This document shows, piece by piece, positions 28,157 through 41,200 of a stretch of 64,000 nucleotides of DNA (within the stretch, counting starts at the first letter, position 1; each line of letters starts with the position of its first letter). The translations under genes and the position numbers were made by a program. Source of the stretch: Kudoa neothunni (taxonomy: Eukaryota; Animalia; Cnidaria); assembly GCA_964304625.1 (NCBI GenBank), contig OZ199838.1, positions 5,403,978-5,467,977 on the forward strand, read 5' to 3'. The notes beneath the pieces were generated by a model, which made no database searches, was not told the DNA's origin, and saw nothing but the letters and a program-made list of their open reading frames with translations.

Positions 28157-31100
28157 ATGAAGGCAACATTTTTTTTAGTATTGCTATCCACAGTTTTCTT
28201 AAGGTATTTTCATGGAACAATATGTTTGTGTAGTCAGATTGTTGTTGTGGTTGACCGTTAATAAGAAACATATTTTTTTCTGTTTGTAGATTTACAATCG
28301 AAAAACTCACTCAAATGTGCCCAATGAATGTAGTCATTATGATGGATGACTCAAAATATGTCACCAATGAAAATTTTGCGCTTCAAATTGATTATGTTTA
28401 CCAACTTATAAATCATCTACTCACCAGTGGGGACAATGTTAAAGTGGGCCTTGTACAATATGGAATGTATCCTCGTCCCTTGATTGATATGAGAACTAAC
28501 GCAGCTACAAAACCAGAATATGCAGCACAGAAATTTGAAAGAATTGTTCGACTAAGTAAAATATAGGCAGTGTCGTCAACCAAACCAACAAATGAATCTT
28601 CTAATTGATTTAGATGGCAGAAACTGTATAACCTCGGCACTTGATAAAGTCTCATGGTCATATTTTATAAGAGGAATCCATTCTTTCCCATTCGAAAGAA
28701 ACGTATCACTTTTTAAAAAATTAAAATATATAGAGGTCTATTTATTATTCGATAACTTATTACTAGGTTATTATTCTTATCGCCAATCATCCCGAAGAAT
28801 GCGCTTCAGAAAAATCACTTCAATACACCATAGAATCTTTAAAAAGGAAAGGCATTATCGTCGCAGTTATTTCAGTGGAGTCGACTCAAAGAAATAAAGA
28901 AAACCTCTTGACTGCTAGCAACAAAGAACTCATATTTTTCTCAAAAACCTTTAAAGAAGTGCACAAACAATTCGACAATGTCATCAAAGGAGTTTGTTCT
29001 TTCCGTAATACAATAAAATTTCTCCAAAAGATGATTTTTTGATTTTTTTATTAAACAGCCGCAAAAGATATTATGGGGAATGAAATTCCTCTCAAACTAC
29101 ATAGCAAAAATCCAAATCAACCATCGACTCCCTATGACAACAATATTTTCCCATCAGAAACGGCTGGCTTAGGTAATTATCTAATGTGTTATTTTTGTTC
29201 ATAGTTATTTAGGTGATTTCTTCACATCAGAAATATTTTACATTAACATTTTCTTTTAGATAGCTCTTCAAGAAATCCTTCAAGTAATTAATTCTAACTA
29301 TTTTCTTCTTGTATTTTTTAAAATTTTTGTAGGTTCATCAGTTCCTGAACTAGGTATTAATATATATCTTACAAAACTATTCTCAATTTGCTTTTATTTA
29401 AAAATAGGACCGGTTCCATTACCAGGTAATTTTTTTTCCAACTGAAATTTATCTAAAATTTACTCAAGCTGAACCAGGCTCTCCTGGTAATTTATTATAT
29501 TTCATTATCGCTTTATATTCATATTATTCGAATTAAAGAACCCTCACTACAGCCAGGTAATTCAACAATTTATAAATAACAGTATAAATTGGCTATTAAA
29601 TTATAGGTTCAGTTCCACTTTCATGTATTCCATCTTATTCGTTACATAATTAAATTAATATAAAATTTCAAAGCCGACCCTAGCTCTCCAAGTATCTTAT
29701 TAATTTTTAGTTTTGGTTAATTATTATATTTGTTGGATTAAAGATCCTTCACCTCAACCAGGTATGTTCAAATATTAGTTCACATAATAAACGTTTTTAT
29801 TAAAAAATGAAGGACCAATCCCATTACCAAGTATTTAGTTTTTCATATCAATAACTAAATAAATATAAATTTTAAAAGACGACCCAAGCTCTCCTAGTAA
29901 TTTGTTATAATTTTGAAAAATGTATTATTTTATTTGTTTGAACTAAAGACTCCTCACCTCAACCAGGTAATTATAATGCTTGTGAATAAAATAAAATCTT
30001 GTTATTCAATTTATAGGACAAGTTCCTCTGCCAAGTATCTCACTCTCTACATAAATAACAAAATTAATATTATTCTCAAAAAGACAATCCTAGCTCTCCA
30101 AGTATCTTATTAATTTTTAATTTTGGTTAATTATTATATTTGTTGGATTAAAGATCCTTCATCTCAACCAGGTATGTTCAAATATTAGTTCACATAATAA
30201 ACGTTTTTATTAAAAAATGAAGGACCAATCCCATTACCAAGTATTTAGTTTTTCATATCAATAACTAAATAAATATAAATTTTAAAAGACGACCCAAGCT
30301 CTCCTAGTAATTTGTTATAATTTTGAAAAATGTATTATTTTATTTGTTTGAACTAAAGACTCCTCACCTCAACCAGGTAATTATAATGCTTGTGAATAAA
30401 ATAAAATCTTGTTATTCAATTTATAGGACAAGTTCCTCTGCCAAGTATCTCACTCTCTACATAAATAACAAAATTAATATTATTCTCAAAAAGACAATCC
30501 TAGCTCTCCAAGTATCTTATTAATTTTTAATTTTGGTTAATTATTATATTTGTTGGATTAAAGATCCTTCACCTCAGCCAGGTATACTCCTATATTAGTT
30601 CACATAATAAACGTTTTTATTAAAAAATAAAGGACCAGGTCCTTCATCAAGTAACTACATGAAATAATCGTATATATTATGAATATTTATTTACAGGACC
30701 AAACCCATATGATTCTGGTATCTATGACGAATTTTGGTTAAGGTATGGTTTGTACTAAATTTTTGTAGGTTCGGTAAAAGGCGGAAATGTCGGTAACTTA
30801 CTGAACATATTCTTTAATAAAATAAATTTGTGTTGGAAAAGATCCAACTAAAGGTGGTGGCGGCGGAATCAGTAGTTTAACAAACCAGTATTTGTTTTAT
30901 GTATTAACTTCAATTTAGAGGGATCAAGCAATGACAGTAATAATAGTTTGCTATTCTGAATGATTTCATCTTCTATAATTAAAATATTACTAAAGGTTTC
31001 GGCGGAAGTAACGTTATTCGTTTTTATTTGGTATTATGTATAATTTAGATAATCTTGATGATGCACTCGAAGGTTTATTATCCTAACAGAACTATTATTT

Positions 31101-31943
31101 TTATATCTTATTTTAGATGTTTCCAACGGTAGATCAATATTATTTTAGTTTGTGTAAAAGAGTTTAAAGAAATAAGCGGAGGGGGTGATCCGAGTGGCTC
31201 CAATGCATTGGATGATCTAGCAAACAGTGGAAATTACGATGTTACAACCGAAAAATTCAAAGACGACGACAAAATTTCGATAACCCATTTCATTAAGAAG
31301 AAAGGAGATAAAGATGGACCCAGTAATTAACATTTTTTTATGATCTGTGTTATTTCATTAGTATTTATAAGTCTAAAATACGAATAGTAATATTTAAATT
31401 AAACCTAATGTAAATTTTATCGTTTTAACTATTTTGATTGGAGTTGGAACGAGTTGTAAATAAAATACAAAATTTAGAAGTACCATTACTCAGCAACACA
31501 ATTGTCATCATCCCAAAAGGTAGCACTAGTTGTAAACGATGCAAGTTAACATCGAAAATTAAGATTGCTCCAAACGAACTTTCAAACAATTGGGATGTTC
31601 TTCAGCTACATTGTTTAAACGTCATTTGATAGAAGTCAACCAACCTTTCAATGAAGATACCATCCAACAAAAATTATGTGCGTGCTCGAAGGCAGCTGAA
31701 AATGCTAATGCCCTTATGTTTGGACTTGGAAAAAACGGTAATCAGGATCATTAACAAAATATCGTTAACATATACAAATTAGATGGTTGTTACATGATCA
31801 AAAAACAAAATGTATACGACATGATAAAAAGAAACGTGGTTGAATGTGGGTATGGGGTTTCAAAGAAGTGCGTCATATCCGACGCTAATTCTTCTTGTGA
31901 TAACAAACATTCCCATATGGAGTTTTACTCATTTGATAACTAA
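28157..31943 (+). CDS. Secreted protein: signal peptide, vWA domain, micro-exon-encoded Pro/Ser then Gly-rich linker, Cys-rich C-terminal domain (about 37 exons)
   Basis: Exon 1 encodes MKATFFLVLLSTVFLR. The vWA region reads CPMNVVIMMDDSKYVTNENF ... VKVGLVQYG ... VIILIA ... LKRKGIIVAVISV ... GVC. About 28 phase-1 micro-exons follow at 29260-31128. Exons 31170-31322, 31478-31519, 31564-31737 and 31783-31943 give DCSKRTFKQLGCS...KLCACSKAAENANALMFGLGKNDGCY...EFYSFDN*. The whole path is open using GT-AG introns. Confidence 0.85.
29678..30640 (+). repeat. 410-bp near-perfect tandem duplication (about 2.3 copies) of six micro-exon/intron units
   Basis: Sequence at position n recurs at n+410; the identical ORF calls 29913-30113 and 30323-30523 reflect this. 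An older periodicity of about 205 bp (three exons) underlies it. Confidence 0.95.
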
Positions 31944-32120
31944 AACTCTTCAAAATACTGAACAACCTCAGTAATTAAACGTAAATTAGCTAGTAGAATT
32001 TTCTACCCTTATTTATTAGATTATTAACAAGATTATTTTTTATGTTAACTTTAGTATAACCTGTTTTACATTTATATTTTATTTGTTAACAGCAAAAATG
32101 CTTTTAGGTTTAATCTTTTT

Positions 32121-32234
32121 TTAATCCCCTAATCATAAGATTGTAATCATTACAGTCTAGTGATTATTAGATTAAATTTACCCCAAAATAATCAAATGGT
32201 CGTTAATCGTTTTTGTGATCATTAGAGGGATTAA
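32121..32234. mobile_element. Small TTAA-flanked hairpin MITE
   Basis: ttaatcccctaat ... attagaggggattaa-type inverted ends. Confidence 0.45.
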
Positions 32235-32328
32235 ATGAGTCCATAAATTGTTTAAGAAAAATATTCATGCACGAAAATCTCACAAAATTCGATTCTACAT
32301 AACCTCTTTTGAAAATCAACTCAAATAA

Positions 32329-34924
32329 ATAACCCTTTCGTGTTCAATGTTCATTTGAATATTAAATGAACGAGAGAACAAATTGCACCTCTGTGGCGCT
32401 CTATTTTGATTTTCTTCAAAATAGTTTTAGAACGTTTTAATGATTTTTATTAGTTAAAAAATAATTCTGCCGAAATATAAAACGAGAATACATGCTACAA
32501 ACAAATTGAAATTTATTTTTATGCATAATCGTAACATATTCCATTAAGAATTTTTCTTAAAATATATTTTTGCGTAATCTAAAAATATTTATATATATAT
32601 TATAAAGGTTGAAAAATTAATTTAACAAAATTACACAGGAATTATTGTTGTGTATTATTTAAAAAATCATTATTGTCGTTATTTATAATTACCTGATATA
32701 TCTGTTTCACTCGAAAAAATACGAATGCTACAACTCAATCTATTGTACCTCTTTTTAAAAGCATTAGTTTTAAATATTATTAGGTATAGAACAGTTTAGA
32801 AAATTAGATGTGGACATCAAAATTGGCGCTCATGCACAAAAAATCGACCGTTATAAACATATTGATTATATGAAACCATTGTTTACAAATCTGTTCAAAT
32901 ATAATTTTTCAATGCATTTTAAATATAGCATGAAATATTTACATGTTCATGATACGTACAAGTAAGATTTATACTTAATTGTTATTTTTCCCGTAATCTG
33001 AGGATAATGTCTGATAAAAATTATTTTGATTATTTTAACACTTTACATCGGTTTAAGTTATAACTGGCGGCTATAATTTTCGACGACTATTTTTAAAAAA
33101 TTCGACGTTTATTTTAATACCTGGCGCATGCGTGTCACAGAACTTTATTATCATGCTCAACGTCAGTGATATAAACATAAATACAGTAGGTGACGGGTCG
33201 TTGGCATTAAAATGGGAATTGGGTTCGAGGTGCCCTCGAGCCGTCATGACACACGCGAACAATGCAAAATTTTAATGTAGGCTCTTGCAATTTAATCTCT
33301 CTTATTTGTCACTATGTTTGTATTTATATTAAAAAATATATTTAATAAAAATAAATTTTCTTATAACAATGACTTAGAGGTTAAATGCGATTAATCTAGT
33401 CCATCCTTGACTTTAATATGCGGAAACAATCCGTTTAGTCAACGTGATGATAATACTAATGATTTCTGTCAACAATAATTTAAAAAAAAATAAATGCAAC
33501 TTACACGTCCAATTTTATCACAATCATTTTTTATTTTAATCTTAAGGTTTGGACGATTTTGAATAAAAATATGCAGAAAACTTTCTCAATGAATTATTAT
33601 ATCTTAAGAAAGTATTGCGTAACAAATAAATTATTTTCTGTACTCAAGAGAAATAGGAGTAAGAGTTAGTAATCAACATAAATTCAATATATATATTGAT
33701 ATGCATAAATTTCATAAAATTAATTAATATACTCAATAAAATATAACTAAAAGTTTTTATAGTACTTATTAGCCGGATTTTACTCTGAAAAAGTTATTAA
33801 TATTTTACTGATAAAACTCCGACATTCGTGAATCGTAAATCGTCGTTTCTAGATCTATGACCTTAGATAACATTTGATAATTTAGTTTTCTGAAACATTT
33901 TTACATTTTTCTCAAATAAATTAAAGCATCATTCATAGAAATAGTAAATTTTTTAAAGTTTTTGGGGTTATTTATAATTTTTATCCCATCATGAAGTCTT
34001 ATAATAGATTCTTTATTACCCTAAATCTTATTTAAGAGGATAGAGATTTTAAGTTAAGATAATTAAGGATCTTAGTTCTTCTATTTTTCGCATTCGATAT
34101 TCATTCATAATCTAACATTATACCCACTTTATCTTTCAACGAATGAAACTGCTTGGTTCTCTTCAAGTCCCCACAACCCATCATTTGGGCAACTTCATTC
34201 TTAAGCTTAATGCTCACGAGTCGTGAATTTGAGCTAATTCTTATTTACAGCGAATTAAAACAAAAACTAAGGTTTTAATAATTTATCATAATTGTTATGC
34301 TTTTATTCGATTCATTTTAATTAGTAACAATACTGTGTAAGTCATTAAATCGTAACAGGTGCGCACGAGTCGTCATCTACTGTATAATTTTTTTATAAAA
34401 TTTTCCTTTAGAATATAATATTTCAAGCATTCTCATTCGTTCAAACGCAAAATTTACTTTAGAAATTTTGAGAACCTTATTTCCACGACTGTGGGTGATA
34501 GATGGATATGCACCAAATCTTGGCCAGCCCAAGACAATATGAAATAATTTGATTAATTTATTTTCTAAAATCCAGGACCTATTATTTCATCATTTCTATG
34601 GTGTGAAAGTTCCAGCAACTCTTGTCGTGGAATTTCTCGTTGATCGACGTTAACAAATGTTGATATATTTTTTTGGTCGATTTCCTGATTTAAATCTGTT
34701 TATTCGGTTACATAATTGTCAATTAGTCTTTTTTTCTGTCCATAGTAAAACGAAAAATAATCGACGAATTGTCTCGGTTTTAACTGAAGAGTGTAAAAAT
34801 ACTTTTAAAATTCCACGTTTATCGATTTTAATCGAAAATTACGACTTCTAGTTATAACTAACCTTTTTTCAGCAGTATATTATATTCAGACCGCAAACAA
34901 CAAATTTCGGCATGAAAAGGTTAA
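32329..34924. mobile_element. Degenerate non-autonomous piggyBac-type element
   Basis: ataa-ccctttcgtg ... catgaaaagg-ttaa ends; no recognisable ORF. Confidence 0.5.
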
Positions 34925-35205
34925 CAACGATCGAAAAATTTAAAAATTATTCTACTGAAAAATAAATTTTTGGCATTTCGAACACTACAAATGCACCAAT
35001 ATAATTATTTGGTAAATGCTTATTATTACTTAACTCTTTTGCTCGCACAAGAGTTACGCATACCCAGACTTGACTGTATATATGACCAAACAATCAATCG
35101 ATTTAATTCAACAGATTTTTTTAAATGTTTTAAAAAAATTTATTTTAATAATCAAAATGCCAACAAAACGACATTGAAGAATTTAATCGAATCAATTCAG
35201 CTAAG

Positions 35206-38200
35206 TTAACTAAAGAATATAATTGGGTTGCCAGGCGAGCATTGTTCTTTAATGTTATCGTTAGAAGCAGTACCAATATCAACAACCTCTATGGAGGCCA
35301 CCTAAAAACCAAATTTAATAAACTTCAAACCCAGAAAAACCATATACCGAGAGAGATTTTATGAGATAGGGAAGTATTTCATTAAGAATTTGTTTCTCAT
35401 TGAACGATGTAGTCAGATTCAATGCATCGGGTCCTTCGGTTTGTTCGCAAGTCTAAAAATAATAACACCGTCAAAACTACACATTCCCCACAATTAAACA
35501 CCTTAATATACTGCACAAATGACATGACTTTATTCATTTGTTTGGAGCTGATACATTTAAGTATAGGGTCTTTTTTAATGTGAGCAACCAACTGTTTGTT
35601 ATCGGGGAAGCTGGTGGCAGAATTAGCTGCTTCATTATCAGTACGGTTGGACTGGATATGGTTGGTATGATAAAAATCGGCTAAAAATTCGATGATTTGA
35701 GTTTGCCAGTCGTTATATTTGTCAGTGGTGTAGATGATAGCTCGTTGAGCTTCTTTTTTATTTTTTAGACGAGCCCTAAAATTTCTGCTGGTAGTTTCAA
35801 TAAATCTCGATATATGAAGAAGATTGTGGTCGTATTTGGTGATAGCAGGCCAGCTTGCATTCATAATAGAGTCGCAGTTTTTGAGTTCATTTTTCAGTGA
35901 AAGCACTTCACGAAGTAGAGAGAAAATATATTCACAAATGTGAGGGCAGATTGGGGCAAGAACAATAGTTTGAATGTAAATAAAATGAATTAGCAGATTA
36001 ATATTTTCTTCGATTCCACTTTTGCTACAATATTCTCTATAAAGATCTTTTGAGTTTTGAAGTTGGTAGAAACCGCATTTAAGTGCCTCACGATAAAGCA
36101 TGGACTTATAGTTGTCATACGATTTAACAACAGCGTAGTTGATATCATTTTCAAAAAGCTTTTCGAAAATGTTAGTAAATGGCTCACATTTTGTTGGACA
36201 TTTTTTTGCGGTTTCGATAATTTCTTTTGACCACTCTAAAAACGTGTACAACCGAAGAACAGTGTTATCTGCGATTTTTTCAACAAAATTGGCATCTTCA
36301 ATAGTATCACCAGAATCAGCTAGAGTTAATCTCACCGCATCTGCACCGTATCTACCTATAGCCTCATCTAGCGTGAGAAAATTGCCAGTAGATTTTGACA
36401 TTTTTTCCGAATTCAACAATAGATGACCATTAGCACGCACACCTTTCGGCCATTTTGTCATATCCTCCGGCCAAATCGCAACATGATTGTAGAGATAATA
36501 TGTCAAATGGTTGGGAATGAGATCCTTTCCGGAAACTCTCAAGTCAACACCATACCAATATTGAAACTCATTTCGTAGTTTGTTGAGTTTGCTTTGATCG
36601 ATAGTACAATTTGTGGTGGGATAGGGCATATCTTTAAGAAATATATAATCCCAAACTTCGTTGGTGAGTTGATCAGCCGTGATACCGAGAGCATTGGCAT
36701 TCGAACCATCCAAAGTGTTTCCCTGGAGTAGGTGAGCAATAGTATAATAGCTCATATAAATGGTGGAATCAGACAACGATTCCACGAGATAGACTGGATC
36801 CCAAGGGAGTTTTGTGCCGAGACCAAAAGAACGGGCACAAGCATGCTCATGCAACCAGTATAATACTGCAAGGAAATTGTTTTTGGTTTCATCACAGTAG
36901 GTTTCCATTTGTTCAAGGCATTTGGTAGCTTTTGATTTCCACTCATTTTCACCATAATTAAGATACCACTGATCACACAATGCAACCACACATTCATCAC
37001 CCGATCTGGATATAATTCGTGATTCTGGTTCTTGATAAATTAAACAGTGACCTTCGTCTAGCATCTGCTTTTGTATGAGAGGTTTAGCATCTTTGACAAG
37101 CATATTTTTGTATCGGTTGGAGAAAACTATTTTCCCTTCGTAGAATGAACTTTTGTAAATGGTATCTTTGGCAGTGACCAATTTGTCGGTATCGTTTTGA
37201 CTCTGTATTTTGAGTTTTTCACATATCATCTTCGCACATAACTCTCCATAATCAGGAACCGATATAATTTGAACTGGTTCAAACAGCATACTCTCGTCCA
37301 CGCCAAATTTATCACGCAACGCTGGTTTGTTTTTGAGATCCACCAATGTGGCATAATCATCAGGCGAATCCGATGGAACTGACATCACAATTCCAGTACC
37401 TTTGTCTTGTTTGATTGTAAGCATAGGTAGTGCATATATTTGTTGATAATGAGCACAAGATGGAGTACTTATTTTGCTGCCGAACAACAAAGATCCCTTT
37501 ATTTCTCCTACAACGTTGTACTTTCCGATCATATCAGTAAGATTTTGATAAGACGCATTCCTGGCTGCTCTCCTAGTACTAACGTAATACACCTCATCAC
37601 CCTCACAACTTCTGTAAACCACATAATCAATATCTGGATGAAGCCAGCAGTTAGTAATCCCAAAAATGGTTTCAGGTCTTAGCGTTGCAGCCAGCAGAAA
37701 TACTTTTTTATTTTGAATCAGTTCATTGAGCAAAGAGTGCTGCTGGTGGTTAGCAAGTAAAGGAGCTTCACACAGACGAAGTTTGAAAACGGTATATTCT
37801 TGAGGACCGATCCCTTCGCCGCTAGCGCGATCATGATCCATACAGGGTTGGTTATCCTTTGGCGAAAAAATGGTGTAACGTTTTCCAAACTTGACAAATC
37901 CTAACTGTTTTAACTTCCAAAATTGCCATCGTACAAATGAGTCATAGAATGGATTGACGTCTGTGGTGATAAACGACCTCCTCCAATCGACCTACCAAAA
38001 TAAGAGATCATTATTTATTTCAGCTTCATTTAACTCACTTTTAAACCAAACTGTTTAAGATCGCTCATTGCGCATTTTGGGAAATATTTCAACCAATGCA
38101 ATGGATCAACAAATTTTCTTATTTCCTCATCATTCAATCCAAAACTTTTCATGATATTCCACTGATAATTTGCAGTACCTCCTTTGGCTGCAACTTTGCT

Positions 38201-41200
38201 CTTAACCTATCACATACAGTTAATAATTATGGAATGTAAACTGCTATAATCTATAATCACTTTGGTACCAGATGCTGGATTGTATGTAGGATCAACCACC
38301 TGTGCTGGGAACGTAGGAGGAAATCCAAACGTTTCCAATTCGTATTTTAATTTGTCCGCACATGCCTATTAGAAAACATAAAAGTTTATTCCCATAAACA
38401 TCTGTAATATTTTAATACGTCCAAATAATAACTCTAATAAATAAAGCTTCAAATTTATTCAGTTACAATGAGATTATAAAGGTAGACACACTAATCCCCC
38501 AAGGCAGAGCTTCTTAGGCGAGGATGTGAAAATTCGTTATGATTACTTAATACATAGGAAAGTTTCGAAATCAATCGAACCTTTCTCATTTCGCTAACTG
38601 CAATACATGCATCATTTTAAAGTTTTCTTCCTAAAGCATAGGCTAATAATTAGCATTTAATAGAATTAATCATAAATATTATTTATTCATTAATTTTTTT
38701 ATTATAAATAAACGCTGGAATAAGTACAATTACATTATTTGCTAAATATTAACAGATTGTAGGTAATATTTTCCGACACAACTAGTTTCTACAATATAAT
38801 CTAAAAATTAAGTAAATATACGTATACACCGTATTTATTCTAGCGTAACGCGCATCCCAATTTTGAATTCTATTTTAGCTAGAAAACTTTGGGTGTTAGA
38901 CTCAAATAAATGCGGTGATCGATAAAAAAATAAGGACAAATATCGAACATAGAACGCCATAATTATCAATGACGAGACTTACCCAATATAAATAAATAAT
39001 TTTGGATTGATTTTGAAGTTTTTCTAATTTCAATTTTTTTAAAGGCCGCCCAAATTAATCCTCTACGTACTGCGAACGAAAAAATTATCCACGTTTTAAC
39101 TTCTCCAAACACCGAATAAATTAAAAAAGTTAACCATATTTATTAATATATGCTAAATTTTGAAAGATATTTCAGTTTCCTTAATGTGTAAACGGCATTA
39201 CTGGCAGTGCAATGACGTAAAACTGTGTGAATATAAAAATAATCCAATGGCCCCAATTTTATCTAAATCAACGATTTCACTGATCTTGCATTGTAAATAA
39301 GCTTTGGGGATATCATTGAAAAAGAAAATATGATTGTTTACATGCGTCCCTGGACTGTATGTACTTTTTGGATAGAAAGCGACTATTTTGAATGGTATAA
39401 AATATTCGGGTGCCGCTATTTTTGACTATACTTAATATTTTATGGCCCCTAAGAACGAAACGGTGGGTCAGAAAGAATTGAATACAGCGGAGTTTACAAA
39501 ATTTAAGCTAAATACAGACTGTAAGTAAGAGTTGTTGAATTAAAAATTAACATCGCGTACGCGCGATGTCAATAGAATTAAAATTCTCGTACCAATAGCC
39601 TCTGCCGTAACATAAACACATGAGAACATATGATTCCTTGGTTAGAATAAACTATTCTCAATCATAAAATTTAATCAAAAGGAGATGACGTTATTAACAT
39701 AATTAGCTAAACGCTCAACTAATAAAAGAGTCTATTCCATATTTATCTGACCTTAACCTTAATGCGGTGTATTTACTGAAAATGAACTTTGCTTTAAATC
39801 TTAAGTATTTTTCTCTAATGAAGGGTTTTTATAGTATGGAAACAATTTGGCGATATAGAAACGCACATATTTTATAACACGAAGAAACTGGTAGACTTTA
39901 ATTAAATCTTTCGTAATTATCTTGTGGTAACTTCATCAAAATGCAGCGATCAAGATCATGATGTTAAAATATCTGCAAAAAATCTTTACGGAAATGTCCC
40001 CTTTCCCCCATTACGACTAAACAACGTTTTTAAAGCCCCTTCCTTATTTTTATGGATAGCAATTTAGAGAAGATTATTAAATTATGGTTAAATTTAACAA
40101 TAATTCTTCTACGCAATTTTGCAATAAAATTCGATAAAAAATTATAGTATTAAATATTTCGTCATGACTCTCCCTAAACAATTTCAAAATATTCACTTAT
40201 TTTTTTAAACATGCATGAAAAAAGCTGTAAACTTATAGATCTCGAATTCGTCATATCTATACCGGGTTTTGCGCCCAATTTCGGATTGCGCGACGATCAA
40301 ATTCGGATATTTTTGCGCCCGTTAGTAAACAGTGAAAACAAAAATGGTTTGATACGTGAAACACTCGAATGAAACAAGGAAGAGAGTGATTAAACTAGTT
40401 ATAAAACAGGGAAGATCACAAAAAGAGGTTGCAGAAGATCTAGATGTTCCAAAATCAACTGTGAACGATATCGTTGAAAGATTTCTAGCGAGAGATCCTT
40501 TTGAAAATTTGCCGCGAGGTGGAGCTCAAAGAGTTATTTTTAACGAAGAAATCAAGAGAAAATTGTTGGACTTGATTAACGATGATTGCACCTTAACTCT
40601 TGCATCGATGATTGAAAAATTATCATTAAATGTCAATCCCGCGACTGTCTCAAGATGGTTGACATCCATGAACATAACATTTAAAATGATAAGAACGATA
40701 CCGCTGAGTAGAAATTCCCATGATGTAAAGTTGGAGAGAAAAAAGTATGCTGAATGGTATACCCAACTTTCCATTACCACAAGATACGAAAATCTTATTT
40801 TTGTAGATGTAAGTCCCTTTTCCCTCTGAATGTTAAGAAACCACGGCAGGTCCTTAAGAGGCTCCACCCCTAATGCAGTAGTTCCGAGCAGCCGAAGAAA
40901 TAATGCCACAATGATATTGGCCATTAGCGGAAAAGGTCTTATCCATTGCGAGGCTATTTTTGGGTCAGTGAGCATTGAAATTTTTCAATCATTTTTAAAA
41001 AAGATAGAGGAAGCGATGGATAATATGAGATTCTATCATTCCAATGTTGAATTTTACGACACATTTTCTGGAGAAATACAGTATCTTCCAAGATATTCAC
41101 CATTTCTCAACCCTTGCGAAGAGGTATTCTCCTTAATTAAATCAAGAGTAAGAAGAAGTGATCCAATTAGAGGAAGAAATGATTTAATTGATAGAATGGA

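Noticed and set aside
29913-30523. Two identical 66-aa ORFs (MKNVLFYLF...)
   Set aside because: They read through introns of the duplicated micro-exon unit and are not proteins.
29400-30650. Regular spacing of short conserved units about every 68 bp resembles a CRISPR array
   Set aside because: The units vary like codons, are bounded by AG/GT and join into one frame; the context is eukaryotic and there are no cas genes.
35397-35500. C-termini of the LARS 814-aa ORF (and the CCT5 346-aa ORF) as given in the ORF track
   Set aside because: These are intron read-through; the conserved C-termini appear after splicing.
7408-40829. TGA at Trp-like positions in three transposases (7408, 25462, 40827), suggesting TGA=Trp recoding
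   Set aside because: The 814-codon LARS frame has about a dozen Trp and no in-frame TGA. These TEs carry other lesions, and TGG>TGA is an expected decay mutation.
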